Of a stretch of DNA of 64,000 bases, positions 1 through 11,795 are shown piece by piece. The notes beneath the pieces are model-generated. The model ran no database searches. It was not told where the DNA came from and worked only from the letters and a program-made list of their open reading frames with translations. The translations under genes were made by a program, and so were the position numbers. Origin of the DNA: Octopus sinensis (taxonomy: Eukaryota); the NCBI RefSeq assembly GCF_006345805.1, contig NC_043004.1:35154001-35218000 (forward strand). Direction: 5' to 3'. Each line of letters opens with the position of its first letter. Within the stretch, counting starts at the first letter, position 1.

Positions 1-491
1 CATGTGATGGAAACAACTCAGCATTTTATAACATGTTTGGTGCCTTCACATAATCCTCGGGCTCTGTCCACATGGCATAACAATCTAAAATAACAGAATC
101 AGAGAAAATACAAGAAAAGACAAGAAGAAAGTACATGCAAAAGGTGGAAGTTTGGAAATACTAGAAAATGAAAAAAAAAGGGAGAATTAGAGGTGAATGG
201 ATAGGGGTCTAGAGTTTGCAGTACATCGGTTCAATTCAGAGAGGGTGGTGTTTGCCATTCTACTAACGGGAATTTATCCATATGTTTATGTCTGTTGAAA
301 AATTTCAGATTTGGGTATTCTTCAGTGCAGTGGATTTCTTAGATCTGTGGTCTTTCAGCTACGCATAGCTTATATATATCATCATCATCGTTTAACGTCC
401 GTTCTCCATATATATATATATGTATTTATTTAATATATATATATAAATAGTTAAATTTGCACTGTTTGTATGCTTGAGATGTAGGCTTAGA

Positions 492-555
<64 letters not shown>

Positions 556-709
556 GAACCATGGCAATTTATTTACACACTGTGTATTACATAATATATG
601 ATATCACATAGTTTTCATAAACAGTCCTACATAGTACCCTGTGAGTCAAATATATGCAGGTGTATATGGAGTTGATAACCATTAGGATCCAAACCAATTG
701 ATATATATA

Positions 710-785
710 TACAGGGGGCAATGGGTAAATTCTCACCATTTTATAATTTTAATTTCACGTATGCGCATTATTATTTATGTTTGTG
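710..785 (+). mobile_element. Possible end of a Tc1/mariner-type DNA element inserted in the TA run
   Basis: TA followed by CAGGGGGCAATGGG resembles Tc1-type termini; no partner TIR seen. Confidence 0.3.
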
Positions 786-802
786 TATATATATATATAC
801 AC

Positions 803-1006
803 AAAATGTGACCTCATGAGTACCGTTGGCGATTTTTCTTCCTCTGTCTTCCCTTCTCGGGATCTTTTCTTCTATGTTTCTGACGAAGAACTCCGCTCGA
901 AACATTAAACCCTCCTTCTTCCCTTCTTTCCTGAGCATCCAATAATACTATATTTGTTCCACGTCCTCACGTTGTTGTGTTTTTTTTTGCGTTTTCTTGT
1001 TTGGAT

Positions 1007-1010
<4 letters not shown>
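803..1010 (+). mobile_element. Penelope-like pseudo-LTR fragment carrying a hammerhead motif
   Basis: Pyrimidine-rich ~200 bp unit with a CTGACGA..GAAAC core, flanked by TA runs. Confidence 0.6.
876..910 (+). ncRNA. Minimal type-I hammerhead ribozyme (decayed)
   Basis: GTTT-CTGACGA-A-GAAC-TCC-GCTC-GAAAC-ATT-AAAC. Stem I GTTT/AAAC; stem II with one mismatch; cleavage triplet ATT where GTT would restore the AACGTT palindrome. Confidence 0.65.
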
Positions 1011-1037
<27 letters not shown>

Positions 1038-1193
1038 CAGTTGGTTTGGATCCTAATGATTAATGGTTATCCATTCTATAGCCACCTGCATATATTTGAC
1101 ACACAGGGCACAATGTAGGACAGCTTATGAAAACTATGTGATATCACATCACATTATGTAATACACTGTGTGTAAATAAATTACCTTGTTTGT

Positions 1194-1352
1194 GTGTGTG
1201 TATATATATATATATATACACATACATATGCATGTGAGTATATATATATGTGTGCGTATGTGTATATATGTGCATGTATGTGTGTGTATATATATGCTCA
1301 TACTCATATAAATTTGTGTGTATCCATGTATGTATGTATGTGTATATATATA

Positions 1353-1390
<38 letters not shown>
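1194..1390. repeat. Compound (TA)/(TG)/(TATG) microsatellite
   Basis: Direct inspection. Confidence 0.95.
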
Positions 1391-1391
<1 letters not shown>

Positions 1392-1568
1392 CATCATCAT
1401 TATCATCATTTAACGTCTGCTTTCCATGCTAGCATGGGTTGGACGGTTTGTCTGGGGACTGGTGAGCCAGAAGGCTGCACCAGGCTCCAATCTGATCTGG
1501 CAGAGTTTCTACAGCTGGATGCCTTTCCTAACGCCAAACACTCTGAGAGTGTAGTGGGTGCTTTTACG

Positions 1569-1573
<5 letters not shown>
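1392..1573 (-). mobile_element. RTE LINE 3' terminal fragment
   Basis: Reverse complement of the tail CCGTCCAACCCATGCTAGCATGGAAAGCAGACGTTAAATGATGAT that ends the RT-bearing RTE at 34226-35694. Confidence 0.9.
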
Positions 1574-1608
<35 letters not shown>

Positions 1609-2239
1609 TCATATATGCATTCATATCTAGATATCATTCTATATGTGTGCATACATACATACACATAATGTATGCATAAATAATGTTTGCGTGTGTGTGT
1701 ACACATGCACCTTGAGTTACTGTAAATCTCTATGTATATTATGTGTTCTTCACTTAAGTTATGCAAATTTAGTCAGAAAACATAAAAATTGAAAGAAGAA
1801 ATAGTAACAAAAAAGAAAAAATTTAAAAGCTATGCTCCCCTGACATTCACATAGAGGCTTTCAAGAAGATTCTGCTAAAACTTAAGACAGCAAATCTCAG
1901 AATTTGACCGATTCCAAAAGAAGTAGATGTTTGGTGGGTGGTTAGTGATATTGATGGTCGGGTGGAAAGATAATTTGATAGAGTGTAGCTATCTCTCTTT
2001 ATGATTTGAAGTATAGTATCATTTCTTAAACTGGAATCTACTTTTTTCCTAAAGATCCCAACAGCAAACAGAATTATTGAGGATGTTAGCAAAGCATAAA
2101 TGTAATTTTGTATCAATAAGAAATGATAATGTTTAAACCTTTTTATTTTTATTGCTTACATCTCTCTTCTTTTCTTCATTTCCACTCCTTCAAAACAATC
2201 TACAATACTTCGATAAAATCCATAAATTTTTTTAAGGAA

Positions 2240-2820
2240 TATACGTGCATATGATAACACACACACACACACACATATGCATACAGAGAGATGTATATGC
2301 ACATATATGCATGCCTGTGTATAAGTATAGGTATATTTTATACATGCATATGTATGTATACTGATATGTATAAATATATACATAAATACATATACATACA
2401 CACACATACACATATATAATACGTACATATATATATATACACGCATAAATGATATACATATATATATTCATATATAAATATATACATAAATACATATACA
2501 TACACACATACACATATATATAATACGTACATATATATATACACACATAAATGATATACATATATATATTCATATATAAATATATACATAAATACATATA
2601 CATACACATATCTATATAATATGTATATACATATATACACACATAAATGATATACATATATATATATATATAATATATATATATATACACGCATAAATGA
2701 TATACATATATATATATACACGCATAAATGATATACATATATATATATAATACGTATATATACACACATAAATGATATACATATATATATATTCATATAT
2801 AATATATACATATAATTGTA

Positions 2821-2864
<44 letters not shown>

Positions 2865-2865
2865 C
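2240..2865. repeat. Compound TA/CA minisatellite with ~100-bp higher-order units
   Basis: Recurring ATAAATGATATACATATATAT and ATAATACGTACATAT anchors. Confidence 0.9.
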
Positions 2866-3269
2866 AATTATCCATTGTTATTATTCGTTTGATTATCTAT
2901 ATATATATGTATGTATGTATATATTTATGTGTATAAAATAATATAATGTAAAGATGAATGAGATCAAAAATAGTTGAGCAAGAAACAAAGACATCAAGGC
3001 AGAAAGAATATAAGATCTTGATTAAATATTCATTGTGTGGTGTTTTTTTTTTAAAACTGCAGCAGATCAGTTATATATGCATGGAAATTGGGGGTGGGTG
3101 TATGTGTGTGTGTAATGTTCTGTGGTGGTAGTGGTGAGGGTGCGCATGCAGTTATGTACACATGTATGCATACTCATCAATATATTGATATATAAATATC
3201 TCTACATATATTTGCATATTAATGTATGTACATATATCTGTTCCCATACTCACAGACATATACAATAAA

Positions 3270-3281
3270 ATATGCATGTGT

Positions 3282-3327
<46 letters not shown>

Positions 3328-3420
3328 TTGTATATATATATGTGTGTGTGTGTGTGTGTTTGTATATATATATGTGTGTGTGTGTGTGTGTTTGTATATA
3401 TATATATGTGTGTGTGTTTG

Positions 3421-3451
<31 letters not shown>

Positions 3452-3472
3452 ATGTATATATATATGTGTGTG

Positions 3473-3510
<38 letters not shown>
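3270..3510. repeat. Compound (TA)n(TG)n array, ~30-bp unit punctuated by TTTG
   Basis: Direct inspection. Confidence 0.9.
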
Positions 3511-3511
<1 letters not shown>

Positions 3512-4496
3512 AAAGCACCATTACATGTAGATAAACATACACATTATATATATAATATCCAACCATTCATAGATGCAAACTCAAATTTTGTTTGTGATTA
3601 TGTGTGTGTGTATTTGTGTGTGCATGTGTGAGTATATGTGAGAGTGTGCATGTGTGTTTGAGCATGTGTGTGCTTGTATTTGACTCTGTTGCATCACAGC
3701 GTGAAATTTCTATATTTTATGCTCCATTACAGAAATTTATATTAATCTTTCCTTCTTCTATATTTGTTTATATTCATTCATTTATTTATTCATGTAAATG
3801 TGCAGGAATATCCAATATTATGATTTTGAATGTTTTCTCTAAATTCCCATTCCTCTAAAGTACACTTTTGCTTCCTCTGCTAACAATCTTTGATGTCTCT
3901 CATTCAGTGCTATGTATATGTAATACTTGACGAGACTTTTCAAGACACAAGAAGAGAAATAAGTGGAATATTAAGTATTTGTTGTCTCATCATATTATCT
4001 TTCTGTTATCAGCTTTTGAATGAATGTGTAAATGTGAATATTTCCCTTCTTGTTGCTGGCTAGCCTTAGCATGCTGTTATTATCTAACAAACTTAAGATA
4101 CAGAATTAAAACACATTGTGAATATTTTACTTCTTATTGTTGGCTAACCTCCATCAGACACCAGCCACATGCTTTCCTTGTGTCCAGGGTCCAACTTGCC
4201 AAGACACTCTAGTGTTGTGCTGCATGCAAACCATGAACCAGGCTCTTGTTTCCAGTTGGTTCTGTAATGTCATCAGACCACAAATACCTTTGACGTCCTC
4301 TTACTCTCTTCCCTCAACACTCCTAGCATGCTAGCTTCCAATAAACCTATGTTACACAGGCAACTCACTGGTAGAGATATGACTATTTCCTTTCTCACTG
4401 TTAGGTAATCCTGCCTTGTTTTTACTGTTATACTATAAACTTATGAACTGCCGCTATACCATTTGTTTGCTTATATTATGATGGCAGCACATTGCT

Positions 4497-4688
4497 ATGT
4501 TTTTTGTTTTTGCTTGTTTCAGTCATTTGACTGCGGCCATGCTGGAGCACCGCCTTTAGTCGAGCAAATCGACCCTGGGACTTATTCTTTGTAAGCCCAG
4601 TACTTATTCTATCGGTCTCTTTTGCCGAACCGCTAAGTGACGGGGACGTAAACACACCAGCATCGGTTGTCAAGCAATGCTAGGGGGA

Positions 4689-4736
<48 letters not shown>

Positions 4737-4895
4737 CACATATATACGACAGGCTTCTTTCAGTTTCCGTCTACCAAATCCACTCACAAGGCATTGGTCG
4801 GCCCGGGGCTATAGCAGAAGACACTTGCCCAAGATGCCACGCAGTGGGACTGAACCCGGAACCATGTGGTTGGTTAGCAAGCTACTTACCACACA
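4497..4895 (-). mobile_element. tRNA-derived SINE (CORE-like domain, internal microsatellite)
   Basis: Same family as 47031-47457 and 61333-61722; B-box-like GGTTCAGTCCC and CTTGGGCAAGTGTCTTCT on the minus strand. Confidence 0.9.
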
Positions 4896-5329
4896 TATAT
4901 ATGAATATTTCCTTTGTTGTTGTTGGGTAAAATTGGTGAGTTTACAATTACCCATCAAAGCTATGGTTTGGAAGTGTTTATCTATTCAGTTATTTTTTAT
5001 TTGTTTGATCTGTCTGAAAGAAGAGGCAACACCCTTTCTTTTAGCAGCCTTCCACATTCAATGAAACCAACACAATTTTCATTTTGAAATAGCTGTCAGT
5101 CGACAGCATTTTCTTTCCCTGAAGAATAAGGTCAGACTTTATCCAGTTATTTATCCATTTTATGTTGAGAATACAAATTTGGCAGGAGAGACCCCCAGAA
5201 ATAGTAGGACACAAAGGGTTTTAGTTTTGAGCAGTTCATGTTTAAGGAGTGGGTGGCATGATAATATTTCCTTGATACTTCCTCTAATTTTCGTTTTTGG
5301 ATTTGGTTTGCAAGATTCTTTATTTAAGT

Positions 5330-5520
5330 TCGTGTGTTGAAGCATATTCTGTTGTGTCTGGGGAGAATCATTTTCTTTTTGTGCCTTATAATGTAACACA
5401 CTCACCGGTAAAATTTCCTCTTATTTCTTATTTTTATTCTTGTAATCTTATTTTTGTCCCTGTAATTTTGTTTTATGCTATTGTATTCGTGATTGGTATT
5501 TTATTTAAGGATATATTCCC
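5330..5520 (+). repeat. Unclassified interspersed repeat (second copy near 37950-38090)
   Basis: Both copies share TGTTGTGTCTGGGGAGAATCATTTTCTTTT...CACTCACCGGTAAAATTTCC-like sequence. Confidence 0.6.
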
Positions 5521-6059
5521 TATGTTCTTGTAATATAAGTTACTTAAAGTTTTAGGACTTCGTTTTGAGGGTCCCATTTTAAAGATGCCTCAATGATTTT
5601 TTCCTTCTACTACAGTTACTTAGTTCCAGTGTAGCATTGAGATGTCCTTAATAGAGGGTGTCCATCTGAGACCAAACAAGAAATTCCACAGATTTCAGGT
5701 TATCTTAATTGCCAAGTACAAGTGCCCTGTTTAGGCTTCTCCAGTCTACAGAGACAAACTGAGAGTAATCCCTTTTATCTATGCTACTATGCCCCCACTT
5801 AACTTGGTTTAAGCAAAATCATTGGGGCGCATCCTTCACCAAGTGAATCATCACTAAGTTGATGAAACTTTGGCCAAAGAGGAAGATATTTGTCACCAGC
5901 TTTTCAAACTTGTCCATCGTATAACATAACCACCAAGAAGAGGACACCTGCTTCGCCTTCCTGTTGATCCGCACATTGGACTTTGCTATTGGTCATAATT
6001 TTACAAATCATCAATATTTGGGTAATGATTCAAGGAGGACAGTACAGTTTTATTACACT

Positions 6060-6605
6060 GCATACATGTCTGGAATCGATATACAACAGAGTGTAAACGT
6101 TTTGAGAGAAAAACTGGATATAAAAGGCATCAGATGAGGTGTGCAAGAGAGACCATATGACCAGTCATGTGAAGCATATGGGTGAGGACAGCTGATCTCA
6201 AACTGTGGAGGGAACATGTGGAAGAGGTAGACCCAGGAAGACAGGACAAAGTAGGGAAGCATGATCTTCAAACGTTGAGTTTCACAGAGACAATGATTAT
6301 AGTTATGGCCAGTACCGGCGACACATAACAGACACCTGTGCCAGTGACTCTTTAAAGCACCCATGCTGGTGACAAATAAAAGCACCCATGCTGGTACGCA
6401 TAAAACCAACTGTGCTGGTGGCATGTAAACGGCATCCATTACACTCTTGGAATGATTGGTGTTAGGAAGGGCATTCAGCTGTAGAAAATATGCCAAATCA
6501 GACTGCGACCTAGTACAGCTCTCTGGCTGACCAATTCCAGTCAAACCGCCTAATCCATGCCAGCATGGAAAGCAGACACTAAATGATGGTGATAATGATG
6601 ATGAC
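6060..6605 (+). mobile_element. RTE LINE 3' fragment (ORF2 C-terminus plus 3'UTR)
   Basis: LREKLDIKGI...VEGTCGRGRPRK coding remnant, hairpin array, (GAT)n tail. Confidence 0.9.
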
Positions 6606-6684
6606 ATATCATCATTGTTTAACGTCCACTTTCCATGTATATATACATATACACAAAAAATATTAATATAAACAGCTAGACACA

Positions 6685-7127
6685 GACGGCCTGCTGTTCT
6701 AACCTTGGATTGTAGAGTGACCCGCTGTTCTTAAGGAGACCTATTGAGTCAAGTACGTCAACACCAACATCAACATAAAAATCAAATGGAAATTGTAGTT
6801 AAGATACCCGTGCCGGTGACACATAAAAAGCACCATCTGAACATGGCAGATGCCAGCGCCACCTGACTGGCATCCGTGTCGGTAATGCATAAAAGCACCA
6901 ACCGATTGTGGCCGTTTTGCCAGCCTCTTCTGGCCCCTGTGCCGGTGGCACATAAAAAGCACCCACTACACTCATGGAGTGGTTGGCATTAGAAAGGGCA
7001 TCCAGCTGTAGAAACACTGCCAGATCAGATTGGAGCCTGGTGCAGCTTCCTGGCTTCCCAGACCCGGTCGAACCGTCCAACCCATGCTAGTATGGAAAAC
7101 AAGCATTAAACAATGATGATGATGATG
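6685..7127 (+). mobile_element. RTE LINE 3'UTR fragment
   Basis: GTGCCGGTGGCACATAAAAAGCACC array and (GAT)n tail. Confidence 0.9.
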
Positions 7128-7144
7128 AAGGAAAAATTCAATTG

Positions 7145-7456
7145 TCACTAAATGTGACTAAGAGTGCGAAGACACCTACATTGCTATAAACAGGAATAAA
7201 ATACTCCTTGTGCTGTAGGAAGAGTACAAATGTATACACACATGCTGACAGGGGAAGAAACTGCCCCATGGTCGAATTGAGAATCTCTTTGACGAGTTTC
7301 ACATATTTCCATATCTTTCATCAGAAGCTGCCCAATTGGCTGGTGTCAGCTAATTCTGCCAATCAGCATATATGTATATATCCTACAGCAAAAGGAGTAT
7401 TTTACTCCTATTTCTAGCAATGTAGGTGTCTTGGCATGCTTATTCACATTTAGTGA
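7145..7456 (-). mobile_element. Non-coding unit with 76-bp terminal inverted repeats enclosing a hammerhead motif
   Basis: Arms 7145-7220 and 7381-7456 are reverse complements with about 8 mismatches; hammerhead inside. Confidence 0.8.
7287..7328 (-). ncRNA. Minimal type-I hammerhead ribozyme (best conserved core in the window)
   Basis: Minus strand GCTT-CTGATGA-A-AGATAT-GGAA-ATATGT-GAAAC-TC-GTC-AAAG: intact CUGAUGA, GAAAC and GUC; stem II with GNRA loop and one mismatch; stem I weak. Confidence 0.7.
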
Positions 7457-7479
7457 TGATTGAATTTCATATATATAAA

Positions 7480-7600
7480 TATATATATGAGAGATGTGTG
7501 TGTGTATGTATAAATATATATGAGAGATGTGTGTGTGTGTGTGTAAATATATATGAGAGATGTGTGTGTGTGTGTATATATATGAGAGATGTGTGTGTGT
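7480..7600. repeat. ~30-bp minisatellite (ATATATATGAGAGATGTGTGTG...) x4
   Basis: Direct inspection. Confidence 0.9.
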
Positions 7601-8489
7601 ATATATACGTATATGTATGTATGTATATGCATATATGTTTTTATATAAAGTTTTTATATCAAAAACTAGATTTTCATAATATTTTCTAACCTTCTGATAA
7701 AATATGTTTGGACAGTATCTATAAATCATTTGCGAATGTGTCAAATGCATTTAGAAATTGTACTGAAATGTATATATTTTCAATGTTTAGAAGATTTACC
7801 GAACAAATTTAGTAAACGCATGAAATATATACATATTCTTCTTTTATATTCTTACGATGACTTTTATAGAATCAGTTTTCTTTCTTTAGCTGTTTTTTTT
7901 CTTATTTTTCCCATGAATTATGATACATAGCCTTCTTAAAGTTTTTGGTAAAAGTTTATTGTTGTTTAGTACCAGGTCAATTGAGATATATTGCTTCACG
8001 TTCCTCCAGTTTTATCTTCAGCAAGTTCACCCCACCCCCACTCTATCACCCAAATATACCATCTAAAATTCTTGTATGATAGCTGTGAAGCAGACTATAT
8101 AATTGATCTCTTAGCTCAAACACTGTGAATTCTGTCCATCACAGAAGCTGCATGTTTTCTCTGAAAGGTCTACAGAATTATTCTACATGTCACATGTTAC
8201 TCAATATTCAAGCAATTTTACTTTCACTTGTATTGAACACTTTGGAATCAATAATGCATTCTCTAAATTAGAGCATCCTGTGGCCCACAAGATGCTCTGA
8301 ATTGCATGGCTAATGAGAAATGACCCCAAATTATTTAGTAGTGTGCACCACCTGATGATCAGCCATGTCTTGTGTAGCTTGCTCTAAATGCTTGCTTCAT
8401 TTGCTAGAAATAATAGACAAATATCCTTCCACTCATACTCTATATTCTTAATCTTTTCTACTATAAACACAAAACCTGAAAGTTTGAGA

Positions 8490-8580
8490 AGGGGATAATC
8501 AACTGGTATATATTTCATTGACAGTGACCCCATGAGGATGAAAGGTAAAGTCGAGCTCAGCAGAATTTGAACACAGAACA
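8490..8580 (-). mobile_element. SINE fragment (CCTTTCATCC...AAGTACCAG-domain family)
   Basis: Reverse complement matches 14340-14565. Confidence 0.75.
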
Positions 8581-8749
8581 CTATGTTGTCTTAATAATGA
8601 AATGAAACATGGGATGTTGCATTTCTAGATCTTCAAAAACAAGGGATTGTCTCAGTTGAAATGAATATAAGTTTGGTTGATCAGGCTGACCTGATCTACA
8701 AAACTTTTGGATTATTCCTGTTAGGCTTGGAGAGGGACGTAATGATGTG

Positions 8750-8945
8750 AGGAGGCCTGGATTGGAAGCATCAATGTTGTCAAGACTATTTGGACACTTA
8801 ATCTCTCCAGCAACTTCAGACTATAAGCAGAATCATCATCAGCAATCAAGACGATCATCCTTTATGAATATAAAACCTGAATCCTTACTTGGTCCCTGGC
8901 CAAGTCTTCCAATGATTGTTACACTCAGGTGTTCTTTTACACCTG
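8750..8945 (+). mobile_element. Old RTE-clade LINE fragment homologous to the adjacent element
   Basis: Frame reads EEAWIGSINVVKTIWTLNLSSNFRL*...IKTIILYEYKT*ILTWSLAKSSNDCYTQVF, which aligns with AWSACNDMHKIWSSNLSRDFK...EPILLYGSETWTLSKKL..LDGTYT. Confidence 0.5.
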
Positions 8946-9576
8946 AATATGTAAACAAGTGCCTGTCCAACAGTGATTTCATCATCCATACTCTCAACAA
9001 TATGCTCTTAAATATGGTTTCTGATTACAAATATCTGGGTCATACATATCATCATCTGAAAAAGATTTTCTAACTAGAGAGGGTATGGCCTGGTCAGCCT
9101 GTAATGATATGCATAAGATCTGGTCATCAAATCTAAGTAGAGATTTCAAACTTAAAATCTTCAAAGCCACAGTCGAACCAATTCTACTATATGGCTCAGA
9201 AACCTGGACGTTATCAAAGAAGCTTGAGAGGTGGTTGGATGGAACTTACACTTGCCTCCTTATGAGAGCTCAAAATCTCTCGTGGAAGCATCATCCAACC
9301 AAAGTACAAATATATGGGAAATTACCATCTGTATCATCTCTTGTGAAAGGTAGATGAGTCCAGTTTGCTGGACATTGTTGTAGAGCTGAAAATGAGGTAA
9401 TTTCTACTCTTCTCCTCTGGAAGCCATCTGCTCACGATACCAGAGGGTGCACATCTCCTACCCTGATGTAATCTCCAGGGATACAGGCATCCAGCAACAG
9501 GACCTCCGTAATGCTATGTCTGGCGTAACACAGTAAATTCCATTGTCTCGACCACGGTCGAACAATGATGATGATG
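8946..9576 (+). mobile_element. 5'-truncated RTE-clade (RTEX-like) LINE
   Basis: DYKYLG, ILLYGSETWTL and RVQFAGHC motifs with frameshifts and a stop; (ATG)n tail. Confidence 0.85.
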
Positions 9577-10507
9577 GTGTTTTGGGTAGCCTTTATTATC
9601 ATATTATCGTCTGGATATTGAATGTGACCATTATATTACCAATTGTTGGAATATGGCTGCATGTTGCCACACATATCTGAAATAGCCAGAGTTGCTGTCC
9701 AGTCAAGTCATAATCTAGAATCCAATCTATCTGAGGATAAACCATGGACAGCAAAAACCACAAAGTATTCCAAATTAATATCAAAATATTTTAGCTTCTT
9801 TATTTCTATTTTTTGAAAATTTCTATGAATATTAATTCCAGTGTTGTTTTTAAAAAACAATATTTTAGTTAACATTTAATATTCTAAGCAATTAATCAAT
9901 GATTTCTTCAAATAACTTAGTTATTTTCATTCTCATGCAAGAGTTTGTTCTTCTTTTCAAAAGATTTTAATCAGTGGTTGATTTTACTTCATTTCCATGA
10001 ATATTAACTAAGTTGATTTCTTCAAATAGTCACAATAACCCTAATTCTTCTAAAATCACTTCAACGTTTCCCACCACTACCCAATACTAAGAAAGAGAAA
10101 GAGCCATCTAATAAAAATTATCCAATCATAAAACATTATATATATTATTTTAACACTTTACTGTGATTTGAACTTTATTCGGAGGCTGTTTTATGGCTGA
10201 TCAAGTCACGTGCTTCTTAAATGTGATTTTGTCTTAAGGCCTCCTAAGGGACCCAGTTTTCTGAGACTAAAACACTTAAGTAAATAATTAAGTAGATCGT
10301 TACTAGCAATAAATGATGTAAAAGTAATTGCCAACAGATTCCAGAATTCTCTCTATATTCTAGAACATAGTTTGGCAAACTGTTTTTGAAGGCAGATTTG
10401 ACTAGAAACGTCTTTACCTTATGCAGGACAAAATGAATTTGAAAGATTAAACCATGTTTATACAAAACCAGAGGAACAACTAGTTTTTTTTTTAAACATT
10501 TTAAATA

Positions 10508-11795
10508 AATAATAATAATAATAATAATGAAATTATTGTATACAGTGCTCAGGTGCACCACAACTTGTCAAAAGTGTGTATAAAGCATATGCAGTAATGT
10601 ACAAATGTCTGGGAAGTGAACCGTGTATGAGTCAGATACATGCTTGCGTGTGTATGGAGGGGAGAAAATCAGGTGTAGTGTTGGCGAATCTCAGGAAGCA
10701 TGGAAGTTTTGAAAAATGCAGTGCTCCGACAACTAACAACTGATGCCAGCAGTTTGTTCCATACTTTAGCAACCCTTAGCATGAAAAAATGTTTCTGGAA
10801 GTCATGGGAGCTGTGCTGTTTTCTGACTTTGTAAACATGTCCACGGGTGTTAAACAGGTGGAGTTTGAAAAGGTGCTCAGAGTTATTGTTACTAAGATGG
10901 TTAGTAATTTTATGAGTATCTGCCAAGTTAGCTGCCAGACGTTGGCGTTTCAATGTATCCATGCCCAGGGAAGTAAGGCGTTTAGAGTATGGCAAATGCC
11001 TGATGGAGGGTATTCTCTTGGTTGCACATCACTGAACGGTTTCATGATGATTAATATCCTGGGCAAGATAGGGGTTCCAGATGGTGATGCAAATTCCAGG
11101 TGAGGCTGCACCATAGCTATATAAAGCCTCAGATAGATAGCCAGAGAGTGGCTCACAAAGACTTGGTGAGTGATGCCAAGAAACCCTCAGCCTTCTTGGC
11201 AATTTTAGCAATGTGTTTTGTCCAATGCAAATTGCTGTCGACAGTAATGCCCAGGTCATGTTCACAAGAAGACTTTTTGAGATTAGTGTTGTGGAGGGAG
11301 TAAGTAGACGCTAGGTTTTTCCTCCCAAAATGCATGGTGGTACATTTGTCCACAGCCAGCTTGAGTTGCCAGTCCATGATCCATTGTGTCCAGGTCTGAT
11401 TGCAATAAAGATCTATAGTGTACAGGATCTGTCCTCTTTATTTCAAGGTATAGCTTGATGTCATATATATATATTTCAGCACTGTGGCATTCTTTAAGTT
11501 GGCATCTATGTCATTAACATATGCAACAAATAAAAGGGGGCCAAGAACAGATCCCTGTGGTACACCAGATGTCATCTCATAGGGTGAAGAGTGCTGTCTT
11601 AGAACTGCGATAACCTCTTTTCAGCCAATAATGAAGGACTTCAACCAGTTATAGAGATCATCTCTTACACCCATTGCAGAGAGTTTCACCATAAGCCTTT
11701 TGTGTGGCAAAGAATTAAAAGCCTTAGCAAAGTCCAGGTAAACAACATCCACCCAGGAGCTGTCATCAGTGATTTCTGGTTGTGGATGACAGAAT
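10508..11795 (-). mobile_element. 5'-truncated CR1-clade LINE
   Basis: DVVYLDFAKAF, SGVPQGSVLGPLLF, RLYIAMVQPHLEFA, TRGHVYK and FFMLRVAKVWNKL motifs; (ATT)n tail. Confidence 0.92.

Larger units (their letters stand above)
556..1190. mobile_element. Foldback/MITE-like element: inverted arms 556-700 and 1038-1190 around a (TA)n centre containing other inserts
   Basis: The arms are reverse complements, roughly 85% identical by eye (CATTAGGATCCAAACCAATTG vs CAGTTGGTTTGGATCCTAATG; TTTACACACTGTGTATTACATAAT vs ATTATGTAATACACTGTGTGTAAA). Confidence 0.8.

Noticed and set aside
1847-2116. 89-aa minus-strand ORF in unique sequence
   Set aside because: No recognisable domain, no ATG start and unconvincing splice sites; an ORF of this length is plausible by chance.
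1194-3631. Long ORFs rich in Y/I/C/V/M/H/T (also near 7346-7750, 38526-40170, 47927-48232, 58402-58999)
   Set aside because: They are translations of (TA)/(TG)/(CA) microsatellites, which lack stop codons; not genes.
4235-4282. Minus-strand CTGATGA...GAAAC as a hammerhead
   Set aside because: Stem II and stem I do not form in register.
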